DNA from: Octopus vulgaris
Taxonomy: Eukaryota
Reading direction: 5' to 3'
Length of the DNA: 64,000 bases
Assembly: GCA_951406725.2 (NCBI GenBank)
Contig: CATOCA020000001.1
Span: 2,976,001-3,040,000 of the forward strand
The first letter of the stretch is position 1. The number at the start of each line of letters is the position of its first letter. The translations under genes and the position numbers were made by a program. Under the pieces are notes generated by a model. The model searched no databases. It was not told the origin of the DNA and worked only from the letters and a program-made list of their open reading frames with translations. Positions 13,020 through 29,862 of this stretch are shown here, one piece after another.

Positions 13020-13450
13020 TAAGGTGACGGAAATGTGAGCACATCAGGCAAAACGCTTAGTAGCATTTCTTCTGACTTTACATTCCAAATTCTGATTACC
13101 ATGAAGCTGACTTTGCCTTTCATCCTGTTAGGGTCAGTAAAATAGGTACCAGTTGAGTACTGGGGTTGATTAATGGACTATATATTCCACTTTACCAAAA
13201 TTATTTTTATCTTCATCATCATAATCATCATTATCATTATGGCGGCATGTTGGCAGAAACATTAGCACATTGGACAAAATGCTTAGCAGCATTTTATTCA
13301 CCTTTATGTTCTGAGTTCAAATTCTACAAAGGTAGACTTTGACTTTCATCCTTTCAGGGTCAATAAATTAACTATCAGTGAAACACTGGGGTCATTGTAA
13401 TTGACTAATCATCCTTCCCCAAATTTCAGGCCTTCTGCCTTTAGTAGAAG
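13020..13450 (+). mobile_element. Two adjacent decayed SINE copies (family of 22585-22817)
   Basis: ggcagaa..ttagcac..gacaaaatgcttagc..gttctgagttcaaattc..gactttg.ctttcatcctttc.gggtc..taa occurs twice. Weaker copies at ~12255-12370, 32712-32915 and 33610-33715. Confidence 0.7.
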
Positions 13451-13456
13451 TTATTA

Positions 13457-13522
<66 letters not shown>

Positions 13523-13524
13523 TA

Positions 13525-13668
<144 letters not shown>

Positions 13669-13683
13669 CATCATTATTATTAT

Positions 13684-15414
<1,731 letters not shown>

Positions 15415-15739
15415 GGAATTTTTTTCCGGCTAAACTTTTCACTCACTTCTTTACAATAAAATTATGTCATTTAATGCAATCGGTAATGTGATATTCCCTT
15501 CAGTTTCATATTAAAGAAAAGCTTAGGCAGGGTTGTGTATCTAATTGCTTCATACACACAGACACACACACACACACTCACAATCGTACACATCAACTCT
15601 CCTCCTCTTCTTTCCCCTCTCTCCCTTCTATCACTCCCTCTCCCCACTCTCTCATTTTAACTCTTCCACTTCCACCGCCAATCATCATAATCTGCTGACT
15701 GAAACTTTTCAAACCGAAATAATATAATTAGAAATACAG

Positions 15740-15787
<48 letters not shown>

Positions 15788-16054
15788 CTTTATATTTTCA
15801 ATTTATTTTTACCTTTCACTTTTTGCAGAAGGCAACCAGAATACTGGAGACTATCTGCAATAGAAATACATTAAACAGGTTAGAGGCCCCTGCATGTCCT
15901 CCTCTCCCTCTTCCCCTCACTCCTAGGAAAATAGGACATCAAACTATTGAATGTTTGGGTACAGATGAGCTGTTGAAGTTTGGAATATAATTATGTGTCA
16001 ATTATTATAATCGTTATATCAAAGCAATACTTGGGCAGAGTTATATATCTCAGT

Positions 16055-16169
<115 letters not shown>

Positions 16170-16797
16170 AGGACATATCCTTCACACCACAAAATCCTCG
16201 CCTGTCATCCTTCTTTCGTATAAAATATTGCTACTTTGATAACGAAAATTCTTTTACCTTAACTTTAAAGCTGCTAAAACCTTTAATTCCTCTTCAGAAT
16301 TGTTATAATTTCTCTATCATATACTTTACTTTACAAACGTACTTTTCTGATACGAACTATTGTTAAATGAATTTGTATCGTTTGCTTCCATGTCAATCAT
16401 TATATATACCATTTAAATTATTATCGTTATTGATAACGTGATTTTCTGAAGTGACACTATCGTTAAATGAATCTATCTACTGCTCACAAGACATATTTGG
16501 CTGCTATTTCTAGCACATCCAGCTTAAGCTTCAGAGATTCTTCACGAAGAGAATGGTGGATGACAATGTGAACACTGGAGGGTCTAACAAAGAATTTAGA
16601 AATGTACTTCATTTTAATGTTGGCTTTTGACATTGTATTTGGGAAGAGATCGATGATCAATAGTTATCGAGCAAAAGTGAGATGATTCTAAAACATGAAA
16701 AATCTATCGTCTGATCGTATAACAATATTTTAATCATTTCCGGTTAATGTCGCTTTTAAACGATTTTATGTTCCATAGCTACTAAATTTCTTTGACG

Positions 16798-16850
<53 letters not shown>

Positions 16851-17215
16851 CTCTATAACACGCACGATCAAACACACAGACACAAATTTCACACCTTACT
16901 ACTAAGTGTATTTGACGTTTGTCTACCTCACACACACAATAACACATACACACACAGACACAAATGCAGTTATATACACACTCATACACATACACAATCA
17001 CTCGCAATCATTAACACAAGCACACACCCGCACATCATCATACATACAGCATACATATTGTCCCCTACCTATTTTTACTACTCCCTCCTTCTACCCATTT
17101 TTTAAGTCATTGCTTATAACGGATTATTTAAAAAAAACACTCATTGTCACTGTGGTCACCATGTAGGCAATCATCAAAAATTTTGTTCGTCTTGTGGCTG
17201 AAAGAGGCTCTTAAT

Positions 17216-17298
17216 CTTTCCTGATGAGAAGATGGCATAATGCACCATTTATTCCTTCGGAATTAAAATTATGCCGTCTTCGAAACATGTGTCGAGAG
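17216..17298 (+). ncRNA. Type I hammerhead ribozyme with long stem II
   Basis: CTTTC CTGATGA GAAGATGGCATAAT...ATTATGCCGTCTTC GAAAC ATGT GTC GAGAG: 14-bp stem II (one G-U), minimal stem III with palindrome ACATGT, GTC cleavage triplet at 17291-17293. Confidence 0.92.
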
Positions 17299-17473
17299 TA
17301 AAAACCTCGTTCGACTCCATTCTTTCATTTATTCATATAAATAACACAAATTTGCACACAAGAACCCGGAGTTTCTACCCTTGACAGGTCACTTCAACTG
17401 TGTTTTCCGACGTGAATTGCTACCCAGGTATCGGTTAAACGAATTTTCCATGCTAGGATAATTCATTCACCTA

Positions 17474-17532
<59 letters not shown>

Positions 17533-17908
17533 CAAATACATGAATATATACGTTTATATAATTCTGATAACTGTGTGTGCGTGTTTATATATATATATAT
17601 ATATATATACATATACACACACATACACACACACACACAGATATCACAATTTGTAAAATAGTACTTAGATTATTTCAAGTTAATTTCAGTTACGCGGATG
17701 TAAACAGTCTCATGCAGTTACGCATATACACACACACACATACATACACACACGCAACACCAGACAGTGACATAATTTTCATTTCTCCATTTCTGCTGGA
17801 ATGCTAATGTCGGGGAAGAAGGAGGGTATACTGAGTAAGTGAAGGGAATTAAAATGTATCAATCTCACCAAATCCTTAGTACATGGTTATGTAGCTAATA
17901 GCATCACA

Positions 17909-17973
<65 letters not shown>

Positions 17974-19271
17974 CCCTCTTCCTCTTCTTTCTCCCTCCCT
18001 CTCTCCCTCTCTTTCTATCACTTTCTTTCCCCTCTCTCATTTACACTCTTCCACTAGCAGCGCCCATCTTTGACTGCTGACGCAAACTTTTCATATCGGA
18101 TTCATATAATGAGAAATAAAGACGCCAATCTATATTTACACACACAGACACACACACACACACACGCACACACATATATATATATATATGCATAATTGTG
18201 TGCTACTTCAATGAAAAAATGTATGGTAAATAAACAAATGACGCAATATATATATATGCGCACATATATATATATATAGATATATATAAACATTCACTAA
18301 CTCTTACGAACAGAGACTAACAGCACTTTATTGGTAAGTTACGATTTTCATTATATTATATCGGCCTTCTATTGGCCATTGTCCAGTCTCCTCAACAGCA
18401 TTAAGGATGGGATAAAAAGGTTCTCCACCGTTAAGACTTCATAAGTTTGTGTCCCCAAATTACCTAAAATGTTTTTTTATGCTTTTATTTTTACTTCAGT
18501 AATTTTCAGTTAACCCATTAGCATTGGCACTGGCCACGTCGGGCCCAAATATTCTTCCTGTTTTCTGTTGAAACTGAACAGATCAGCCCTTTCACAACCA
18601 CCATGCAAAGTTATTCTAAAAGTAAGCAATCACATAATCAAAATCTCAAAGCTAGAAGATAACGTATGATTAATTGTAAACGATGTGAATAAATAAGTAA
18701 TTCATCTGAATGTTGAAGGAGTATCCCCTTCTAGCTTGTACAATAATGAAACAGCAATTCCATCTCAAATTACAAGTGGGGTCTTTTTAAGGACACATTT
18801 CAGGTTGAGGGAGTGGTTAAGAATGTTAGTAGTACAAAAAATCGGGTCGGTATTTTTCTTAGTAGTTGAGTTTTGTTAATTATTGTTTGAAGCCGAGAAG
18901 GGTCAAATGACAGTAGAGGCGGTTGAAATGCAAAAATTTGAAGAAATTTGTGATGTGTGTTGGTGAGATTTAGGAGGCTGAGAGGAGGATGAAAAATCGA
19001 TTGATCATAATACTTGGAATAAATTTGGGATGCGTGTTATATATATTTATATTTCTGTGGGTATCTATATATATATATGCTGACTACTTAATGTTTTTAA
19101 TACTGTGTATTAATGTAGGAGTTTATATGTATATATATTGTGCGTATATGTGTGTGTGTTTGCATGTATGTATGTAAGAGCTTGTATGTATATATTATGT
19201 ATTTGTAAATGTGATGTATATATTATGTATTTGTAAATGCAAGTTTGGATATTTCAGATTTATTGCATATG

Positions 19272-19363
<92 letters not shown>

Positions 19364-19499
19364 CATATATATACATATGCATACACACACACACACACAT
19401 AAGCTATTTGGAATGTGTTCACTTGTCGATTGCCGCCTCATGTTCTAATGTTTTACATTAGAACTTTGGTGGACCTCGGGGCTTGCTATAGGATTATTT

Positions 19500-19940
19500 A
19501 GAATTAGTGAAGTGCATGAATGTCGGGCAGTATTTATGCTTACGATAAAAAATAACGTCAGAGAATTTAACAGCGAGGAGTTGTGGAGGCGAAGAATAGT
19601 TAATGACCCTTTTATACATAACATACATTTACCTATATTTGTGTTGTAGAGGGGAGCTTCACATACTATGGACCACGATAGAGCGTATTGGACATTGTTT
19701 TGAATTGAGGTTGTATATGTGTGTTGCTAAAGATTGAAATAGTTTAGATTTGGGATTAGTGAAAGAATACATATGAGCACGACAACGGCATTCGAAATCC
19801 TCAGTGCCATAAATATACACCCTTGCCTGGTGGGTGCATGGGGTCATCACGTGGCACTTATAGATTACGCTTTTGAGGAGACAGGTGTCTGCATACCGTA
19901 TATTTCAGAAGCGCGACAGTTGCAAGTGGTTGGGGTTTAC
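19500..19940 (-). mobile_element. Decayed PLE GIY-YIG endonuclease fragment
   Basis: Minus-strand pieces TTCNCR, CLLKSVIYKCHV, TEDFECRCRAHMYSF...LATHIYNL, APLYNTNIGKCMLC, collinear with the 1056-1556 peptide. Confidence 0.75.
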
Positions 19941-20544
19941 TATTAGTAATGTTGATGTTGGTTGGTTTGTTGTTAGTGGGGAGAATCTAAATTAGGATTT
20001 ATATTAGTATCGGATTGGGAGTTTGTAATGGAACTAATATCTATCGTCTAGTAGATAGGGTTGTAGAATGTTGGCTTAAGTTTAGTATTATACAATTGAG
20101 GTGGCTTATTAAGGTTTGTATTATTGTATTGTCAAGGCTAGCTTGGGATTTTGGGGAAAATTTTGGTTTTATCCACACATAAAGCCTACCGGTGTTTTAT
20201 AAAGACTTATGGAACCACGGGTCCGCTGCTAGCTTTGTTGTTGTTGTTGATGTGTATGTATTTTCAAAATGTTTTATTCTTCAACTTTGAGATGTATTGT
20301 TGATTTTTTTATTTTATCTTACTATAATCAGCAACAAACACCTTCCGTCAATATTAAATTCTTTATTGGATAAAAAAAAACCTTATCAAAACTTGAAGGT
20401 AAAACAAAACAAATGTGCTTTGTTTTCTTCCAGGCACAAATGTCCTGTAGCAATAGTCTTTCATCGACCGACCTTTCCTCCAAAAAAATCAGTGGAATCA
20501 TTCGATCTCCATACACAAATTATTTTCCTCCTGGAACTATAAAA

Positions 20545-20635
20545 AAAGTTACACACATTAGGCGCACCTTTCTCTAAGCGGCACACTAAATTTCCCAGGT
20601 AAAAAATAGCGGCTTATACACCGGAAAATACGGTA
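20545..20635. mobile_element. Possible Tc1/mariner-pogo (Tigger-like) terminal fragment
   Basis: gcggcttatacaccggaaaatacgg-TA resembles Tigger-type TIR ends with a TA target. No clear partner TIR found. Confidence 0.4.
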
Positions 20636-21119
20636 TTTCTTTTTTTGTCATATTCATATCGACTTTCAGTCCATAAACGTTACACAAACACTTGACTGCG
20701 CATGCCTGAATGTCTACATTAAAGTATTTTCTAAGCTAAATTCTCTGCCTGATCTACAGGCTCATTAGGCCCCCAGTATATCTCGGTATCGAACGTATTT
20801 CAACACACAAGGATACAACACACCGGATACCAGTCTGTCGCAATGTTAACCCCTGGTTAATGCTGGTACTTTTCAGATGAGAGCACTGGAAGTGTCTTTC
20901 TCGTGGACACAACTTACCGAAACAATAATCCATACGCCTATATGTGTGTGTGTGCGCGCTTATGTACATATCCGTGTGTATGTGTGTGTATTTTTGTATG
21001 CATGTACACACACACACACACACACAATCTTTTATTCTTTTAATCTTTTGCTTATTTAAGGTGAATTTCAAAGTCGTTATGCCAATCACATAATCCCCTT
21101 CCGACATAGGCCAAAAGTA

Positions 21120-21350
21120 AAGCTACGAAACTGGCTAAGTTTGGAAGAAAACGAAACACCACATGTGACTGGATGGGAAGTAATTGAGAATCCATAACTT
21201 ATGTGAATGGATCGAATAAATATAAACATTGTTTAGCTGAAAGAGTGCATATCCTGTTCAGATCTAAGATGCTTAATTCTCTATTGGACTCTAGGTCGGG
21301 AATTTTCAGTCGTTGTCAAGTATAAATATATTTTGAAGAACTGGAAAATT
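21120..21350 (+). mobile_element. Decayed PLE GIY-YIG C-terminal fragment
   Basis: ATKLAK...GWEVIE...YVNGSNKYKHCLAERVHILF...LDSRSGIFSRC across frameshifts. Confidence 0.6.
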
Positions 21351-21496
21351 CCGTCTATTCTTGATTAAATTTTTGATATCTTTTTAGCCTTATAATTCAA
21401 GGTCTAACGAGGAGAACTCTTAAATGCTGTTTTTACTTTTCCCTTTTCCCATTTTCGTTTTTGTGCTTTCGCTTTCCGATTTCCGGAACACTGGGC

Positions 21497-22345
21497 ATGC
21501 TGTGGAAGACATGCACTGGGGCTGCGGCATCTCCAAACATTCTGCGTAAACGGTGAACAGGTGTGGTCATCGTTTGTCAAACAGGCTTTTCCACATCTCA
21601 TCTCCTTCAGTAAGCTGCAGTCCGTGGGTCAAGAAGAGACCGAGGAAGGGTTACTGGCATCTGGAATGTTGCTAGGCACTCACTGTCCTCTACCAGGTGG
21701 GCAATGCGATCAGTGGAAAATCCACTCTGAAGTTCTATGGAGGGTTAGTGGAGGGAAAGTGCGATGAAGCACTTGGAGAGACGCTAGGCGTTGACAAAAT
21801 TGAACTAACCAGTCTGTTGAGGAGGACTTTCAAGACGGGGATAATGGATAACTTCTAGAAGTCCCTTGCTTTGCAGTGCTATCGGGGGGCACTGCCGGAT
21901 CGAGATAAACTCTACAAGCACGGAAGCGCTGTCTGACCGACCTACCCGAGATATGCGCAGAGCGATGAAAGCGTTCTGCACGCACTCGTCCAGTGTCCTT
22001 GCATTACTGACTTGTGGAGTTATGTTGAAAAGCTGTTATTAAGTGTAGGGAGTTTCTATCTATCGGCCGAGTCCGTAGTGAAGATCGATCAGCCGCTTTC
22101 CATCAGTCCGGAAGGTCAGGCAATTTACTTCTGTCTAATAGCAGTAGCGAAAGAGGCTGTATTGTGGACCAGGTTAAAAGGACTAAAGGCAAGGACTTTT
22201 CTCTACGGCGAATCACGGGTCAACTTTTTCAAAGTTTCTTAGGAAAGGAAGATAAGTGTGCAGAGTGAAGTGCTGCCTCCCAGTACATTTGCCAAAATGT
22301 GGATGAACAGAGAAAATGGTACGTGTGAGTGGACCTACTCTAATA
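21497..22345 (+). mobile_element. L1/Tx1-like LINE ORF2 C-terminal remnant
   Basis: HALGLRHL, CYRGALPDRDKLYKH, HALVQCP...LWSYVEKLL, AVAKEAVLWTR. Homologous to 24450-25035. Confidence 0.65.
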
Positions 22346-22584
22346 ACACGCCTTTGGGCTAGTGAATTTGAGAGGGAGGAGAGTGCTCTTCCCAGATGCC
22401 CTCGAAGCGTCGAGTGGTTCAGGATTGGGGTGGGGGTACCTGAGCCAACTCCAGGGGATTACCTGCACCTATTACGAACTTTCATTGTTATATTCTTTTG
22501 TCGGATATCATTGTTATTCTTTTAACTGTGTACTCGTTGTCTCTGTGTTAAATCCCCACTGTCCATGTCTACTGTGTCCTGTTT

Positions 22585-22817
22585 CTTTACTACCCACAAG
22601 AGGCTAAACACAGAGAGGACAAACAAGGACAGACAAACGGATTAAGTTGTTTATATCGACCACAGTGCGTAACTGGTACTCCTTTAATCGACCCCGAAAG
22701 GATGAAAGGCAAAGTCGACATCGGGGGGAATTTGAACTCAGAAGGTAACGGCAGAAGAAATACCGCTTAGCATTTCGCCCGACGTAATAAAGATTCTGCC
22801 AGCTCTCACCGCCTTTT
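22585..22817 (-). mobile_element. tRNA-derived SINE, near-complete copy
   Basis: Minus strand aaggcggtgagagctggcagaatc...ctgagttcaaattcc...gactttgcctttcatcctttcggggtcgattaa...gtaccag; B-box-like GAGTTCAAATTCC. Confidence 0.75.
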
Positions 22818-22854
22818 CTACTGTATCTTCTCCGATAAGCCGGCCCTATTGGCA

Positions 22855-22957
<103 letters not shown>

Positions 22958-22958
22958 G

Positions 22959-23467
22959 TAGGGGTTGTTGAAGGATGTTGAACGAAGATGTAGCCCATCG
23001 TCTTGGTATAGAGGATGAGCTCCAGCAAATATTCTGCTCAATACCACAGATTTGCTTGCTCGACGTTAACCAGTTGAGCACGTCCCTTAGTGGCTGATGA
23101 TATGTGCATCTCTGATCACAAGCAGAAGTAGTGGGGGAGTATCATAGCCATGTGTTGAGAGGGATTTTTTGGGGTTTGAATAATTCACCTCTGGAAACAT
23201 GGGTGTTTCGTTCAAAATCCTTAAACAACCCTTACTCAGGGACCTTTTGAGCAGGATGTGTTACTAGACCAGATGAAAATTCTAACTGGGCCCCACCTAC
23301 AAAGTCATGTGCTGTTAATCTTGATATGAGATCATCATGTCGCGCACTTATGGTTGTGATGCATGTGCCTGGTGTACCCATATCAGACGGGTTGTCATGA
23401 TGGGTATAGTGGGCTTCGTATATCTTACCCTAGTGTCACTTTGATGGCATGCACTGCTCTCTCAATC

Positions 23468-23469
<2 letters not shown>
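22959..23469 (+). mobile_element. ~510-bp non-coding element bracketed by (AAT)n tracts
   Basis: (AAT)n at 22855-22957 and 23470-23497. Internal inverted repeat 22960-22986 vs 23207-23234. Confidence 0.5.
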
Positions 23470-23557
<88 letters not shown>

Positions 23558-23893
23558 GGAAATCTCTTCCGGCTAAACATTTCACTCACTTCTTCACAAT
23601 AAAATTATGTCATTTAATGCAATCGTTAATGTGATATTCCCTCCAGTTTCATATTAAAGAAAAGCTTAGGCAGGGTTATGTATCTAATTGCATCACACAC
23701 ACAGACACACACACACACACACACGAACAAGCATACACATCAACCCTCCTCATCTTCTTTCCCCTCTCTCTCTCTCTCGTTTCTCTCTCTTCCTCTCCCC
23801 CTCTCTCAATTTAACTCTCCCACTTCCACCGCCAATCATCATAAACTGCTGACTGAAACTTTTCAAATCGAAATGATATAATTAGAAATACAG

Positions 23894-23950
<57 letters not shown>

Positions 23951-23954
23951 GTGT

Positions 23955-25040
23955 GTCTTAGGATGTGGAATGTTCGTATCCGCTAACACGGACCAAGTCA
24001 TCATAATACTGTCCACGAAGCGTTGATAGGGGCAAAGCTTGTCCAAGAGAAGTCGGTGGGCCTGCAAATCGGCAGTTGGAGAGGCAGACCCATACCAACC
24101 GACAGTTTGTAGGTGGCTAAACGGAAAGACAGGTAAAACTGTTTGGGGTCTGGTCTGCTGTAGACCCCGAAATGGGACAACAACGGGTGGGAGGTGACGA
24201 ACAGGATAGTCGATCTCACCCAGAAATTGGCAGAGAGGAAGCTGTTCGTGAAGGGTCGAGTCGAGGTGGCGAATGCGTACATCCCTTCCGTCATCTATGA
24301 CTGCCTGAATGTAGTCCCATGCCAGATAAAGTTAGAGCGTTTGTTATTCCGCTTTCTAAAGAAGGGACGTGTTCCGCTCATCAGAATGTCCATCTGCTGT
24401 AAGCTACCTCTCAGTGGAGTACTGGACATGTCGTTGCTAATGATTCGCAGACATACGCTGAGACTGCGACATCTCCTGCGTTTCTTTAACGGTGAGCATG
24501 GGGGATTGACTGTTTGTGAAGCGGGTCTTTCCGCAGCTCGTCTCACTGAAGAAGCTACAGTACTGAGTCAAGCGTTGGCCAAGAAAGGGCGCTTGGCACC
24601 TGGAGTGTCGGCAAGCTTTCACAGCTTTCTGCCAGTCGGGCAACGCGGGCGTTGATAGTTCCACTATAGATTTCTATAGGGGATTAGTAGAGGGGAAAGA
24701 ACAACGACGAAATCGGGGTAAATTCTGGGCGTTGGTGGGGGAATCAACTAACTGGTCTTTAACTTCCAGGAATCCCTGGCCTGGCAGTGCTACCGGGGAG
24801 CTCTGCCGATTCAAGACAAGCTCTACAGATACGAAAGTCTTGTCGGACGGATATGTCGGGGATGTGTGCAGGCCGATGAAATAGTCCTGCATGCACTCGT
24901 CCATCCAGTTTACGAGCCGAGTTCATTGTAAAGATCGCCCCGCCACCTTCTTTAGGCCGGGAAGGAAAAGCAGTTTCTTCTGCCCGGTGGCTAAACAAGT
25001 AGTGTGGTGGACGAGACTGAAAACATTAAAGACTAAACCT
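23955..25040 (+). mobile_element. L1/Tx1-like LINE ORF2 remnant (RT thumb and downstream)
   Basis: ERKLFVKGRVEVANAYIPSVI...LERLLFRFL.KG...ICCKLPLSGVLDM...RRHTLRLRHL. Confidence 0.75.
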
Positions 25041-25404
25041 CCTTCACAATGAAATTATGTCATTTAATATTATCATTTAATATTATCATTAATATTCACT
25101 TCAGTTTTATATTAAAGAAACTCATAGGCATGGTTATGTATCTCATTGCATCACACACAAACACACACAGACACACAGACACACGCACACAGACACACAC
25201 ACAGATACTGGAAGACAATTAGTTTTTTTTCAATTTCCTTTTTTAACTTTCACTTTTTGCAGAAGGCATCAAGAATACTGGAGACTTTCTCAGATACAAA
25301 TACGTTAAACAGTTTAGAGGCCCCTGCATGTTTTCCTCTCCCTCTTCCCCTCACTCCTATGAAAATAGGACATCAAACTATTGAATGTTTGGGTACAGAT
25401 GAGC

Positions 25405-25830
25405 TCTCTCTCTCTCTTTTTTACTCTTTTACTTGTTTCAGTGATTTGAATGTGGCCGTGCTGGAGCACCGCCTTTTGTCGAGTAAATCGACCCAAGGAC
25501 TTATTCATGTAAGCCTAGTACATCTTCTATCGGTCTCTTTTGCGGAACCGCTAACTTACAGGGACATAAACACACCAGCATCGGTTGTCAAGCGATGTTG
25601 GGGGGGGGGCGGGACAAACACTGACACACAAACACACACATAGAAATATATATATATGCATATATACAACGGGCTTCTTTCAGTTTCTGTCTACTAAATC
25701 CACTCACAAGGCTTTAGTCGACCCGAGGCTATAGTAGAAGACGCTCGCCCAAAGTGCCACGCAGTGGGATTGAACCCGGAACAATGTGGTTGGTAAGCAA
25801 GCTACTTACCACACAGCCACTCCCGCGCCT
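25405..25830 (-). mobile_element. tRNA-derived SINE, near full length, inserted into one copy of a duplicated block
   Basis: Minus strand ggcgcgggagtggctgtgtggt...gggttcaatcccactgcgtggcac (A/B boxes). The paralogous site at ~15970 (cagatgagct-gttgaagtttggaat) lacks it. Confidence 0.8.
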
Positions 25831-25907
25831 ATAGAAGTTAGGAATATAATTGTGTCAATTATTATAATCGTTATATATCTCAGTGCATCACACACACACA
25901 GGCACAA

Positions 25908-25972
<65 letters not shown>

Positions 25973-26580
25973 AGGACGTATACACTTGAAGACCCTTCAC
26001 CACAAAATCCTCGCCTGTCATCCTTCTTTCGTATAAAATATTATTACTTTGATTACGAAAATTCTTTTCCCATAACTTTAAAGCTGCTAAAACCTTTAAT
26101 TCCTCTTCAGAATTGTTATAATTTCTCTATCATATACTTTATTTCACAAACGTAATTTTCTGAAACGAACTATTGTTAAATGAACTTGTATCGTTTGCTT
26201 CCATGTCAATCATTATATATACCATGTAAATTATTATCGTTATTGATAACTTGATTTTCTGAAGTGTCACTATCGTTAAATGAATCTATCGTCTACTCAG
26301 AGGAAATATTTGGCTGCTATTTCTAGCACATCCAGCTTAAACTTCAGAGATTCTTCACGAAGAGAATGGTGGATGACAATGTGAACACTGGAGGGTCTAA
26401 CAAAGAATTTAGAAATGTACTTCATTTTAATTTTGACTTTAGACTGTGTATTTCGGTAGAGATCGATGATCAATAGTTATCGAGCAAAAGTGAGATGATT
26501 GTAAAACATGAAAAATCTCTCGTCTGATCGAATAACAATATTTTGATCATTTCCGGTTAATGTCGCTTTTAAACGATTTT

Positions 26581-27030
26581 TCTCAAATATTTTTTGTTTC
26601 TTCCTTTGCTTCTGACGTTATTTCTTTGATACGAAAGTTTCTTGAGAGTATTACTTCTTCTCTGCCCCTCCACTGTTCATAAGTGTTGGCTAGGTTTTCA
26701 TTGTTTAGGGCTCTGCAATAAGCTTGGTTTCTTTTATTTAATATCTTAACCCGGATGTTTTTCATTTGATTTCTCTTTTTGTATGTCTCCTTTTTCCAAG
26801 CTGAGTTCATTCAATTCTTTTAGTACGTCTTGTGTGGTTGAATTTAGGTTGTGGATATCCGTTTCTGGAGTTCTGCTTTGGTTCTCATTTTGGTGTTGGT
26901 ATGTAAGAAGGGAATAAAGTGTTTCTATGTAGATTTGCGTCTTTTGCGCCATTTCATGGAAGGCATCAGCAAGATATTCATGTTTTCTCATGGTTGAAAG
27001 TTTTTGGTAAATTTCTTATAATATTTCAGA
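26581..27030 (-). pseudogene. Duplicated ORF remnant, probably transposon-derived (second copy 28805-29250)
   Basis: ILNKRNQAYCRALNNENLANTYEQW...LSRNFRIKEITSE with frameshifts. No splice structure seen; family not determined. Confidence 0.4.
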
Positions 27031-27091
27031 TTTCAGTGATTCGGCATACACACACACACACACACCTAAATGTGCATGAATGTATGATATA

Positions 27092-27135
<44 letters not shown>

Positions 27136-27136
27136 T

Positions 27137-27173
<37 letters not shown>

Positions 27174-27609
27174 AATGTTAGTAGTACAAAAAATCGGGTC
27201 GGTATTTTTCTTAGTAGATGAGTTTTGTTAATTATTGTTTGAAGCCGGGAAGGGTCAAATGACAGTAGAGACGGTTGAAATGCAAAAATTTGAAGAAATT
27301 TGTGATGTGTGTTGGTGAGATTTAGGAGGCTGAGAGGAGGAGGAAAAATCGATTGATCATAATACTTGGAATAAATTTGGGATGCATGTTATATATATTT
27401 ATATTTCTGTGGGTATCTATATATATGCTGACTACTTTATGTTTAATACTGTGTATTAATGTAGGAGTTTATATGTTTGTATATTGTGCGTATATGTGTG
27501 TGTGTTTCCATGTATATATGTAAGCGCTTGTATGTATATATCATGTATTTGTAAATGTGATGTATTTGTAAATGCAAGTTTGGATATTTCAGATTTATTG
27601 CATATGCTC

Positions 27610-27642
<33 letters not shown>

Positions 27643-27658
27643 TATATATATATATATT

Positions 27659-27710
<52 letters not shown>

Positions 27711-28130
27711 TGCATTCATAGACACACATACACACACACACACACACGCATCTAAACTATCTAACATCTACACCGGGGAACTCTGCCGATTCAAGACAAG
27801 CTCTACAGATACGAAAGTGTTGTCGGACGGATATGTCGTGGGTGTGCACAGGGCGATGAAATAGTCCTGCATGCACTCGTCCGTCCAGTTTATGAGCCGA
27901 GTTCATTGTAAAGATCGCCCCGCCACCTTCATTTGGCCGGGAAGGAAAAGCAGTTTCTTCTGCCCGGTGGCTAAAGAAGTAGAGTGGTGGACGAGACTGA
28001 AAACATTGAAGACTAAACCTCCTTCACAGAAAAATTATGTCATATAATATTATCATTTAATATTATCATTAATATTCGATTCAGTTTTATATTAAAGAAA
28101 CACTTAGGCATGGTTATGTATCTCATTGCA

Positions 28131-28182
<52 letters not shown>

Positions 28183-29302
28183 ACACACACAACAGGACAT
28201 ATACAATTGAAGACCTTTCACACCACAAAATCCTCGCCTCTCATCCTTCTTTCGTATAAAATATCGTTACTTTGATAACGAAAATTCTTTTCCCATAACT
28301 TTAAAGCTGCTAAAACCTTTAATTCCTCTTCTGAATTATTATAATTTCTCTATCATATACTTTATTTCACAAACGTAATTTTCTGATACGAACTATTGTT
28401 AAATGAATTTGTATCGTTTGCTTCCATGTCAATCATTATATATTCCATTTAAATTATTATCGTTATTGATAACGTGATTTTCTGAAGTGACACTATCATT
28501 TAATGAATCTATCGTCTGCTCAGAGGAAATATTGGGCTGCTATTTCTAGCACATCCAGCTTAAGCTTCAGAGATTCTTCACGAAGAGAATGGTGGATAAC
28601 AATGTGAACACTGGAGGGTCTCACAAAGAATTTAGAAATGCACTTCATATTAATTTTGACTTTAGACGTTGTATTTGGGAAGAGATCGATGATCAATAGG
28701 TATCGAGCAAAAGTGAGATTGATTCTAAAACATGAAATATCTGTCGTCTGATCGAATAACAATATTTCGATCATTTCCTGTTAATGTCGCTTTTAAACGA
28801 TTTTTCTCAAATACTTTTTGTTTCTTCCTTTGCTTCTGACGTTATTTCTTTGATACGAAAGTTTCTTGAGAGTATTACTTCTTCTCGCCCCTCCACTGTT
28901 CATAAGTGTTGGCTAGGTTTTCATTGTTTAGGGTTCTGCAATATGCTTTGTTTCTTTTATTAAATATCTTAACCCGGTTGTTTTTCATTTGATTTCTCTT
29001 TTTGTATGTCTCCTTTTTCCAAGCTGAGTTCATTCAATTCTTTTAGTACGTCTTGTGTGGTTGAATTTAGGTTGCGGATATCCGTTTCTGGAGTTCTGCT
29101 TTGGTTCTCATTTTGTTGTTGGTATGTAAGAAGGGAATAAAGTGTTTCTATGTAGATTTGCGTCTTTTGTGCCATTTCATGGAAGGCATCAGCAAGGCAA
29201 TCATTTTTTATCATGGTTGAAAGTTTTTGGTAAATTTCTTCTAATATTTCAGATTTCAGTGATTCGGCACACACACACACACACACACAAATTGCATGAA
29301 TG

Positions 29303-29420
<118 letters not shown>

Positions 29421-29793
29421 GATATATACATATACATGAATATATACGTATATATAATTCTGATAACGGTGTGTATGTTTATATATATATATATATACAT
29501 ATATACACACACAGATAGATATCACAATTTGCAAAATAGTACTTAGATTATTTCAAGTTAATTTCAGTTCCGCGGATGCAAACAGTCTCATGCAGTTACG
29601 CATATACACACACACACACAAAACCCACTTCTTCTTCTTTCTCCCGCCCTATCTCTCTCTCTCTTTCTATCACTTTCTTTCCCCTCTCTCATTTACACTT
29701 TTCCACTATCAACGCCCATCTATGACTGCTGACGCAAACTTTTCATATCGCATTCATATAATGAGAAATAAAGACGCCAATATATATCGACAG

Positions 29794-29862
<69 letters not shown>

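Noticed and set aside
23088-23140. CTGATGA motif as possible hammerhead
   Set aside because: No GAAA core partner or closing stems found.
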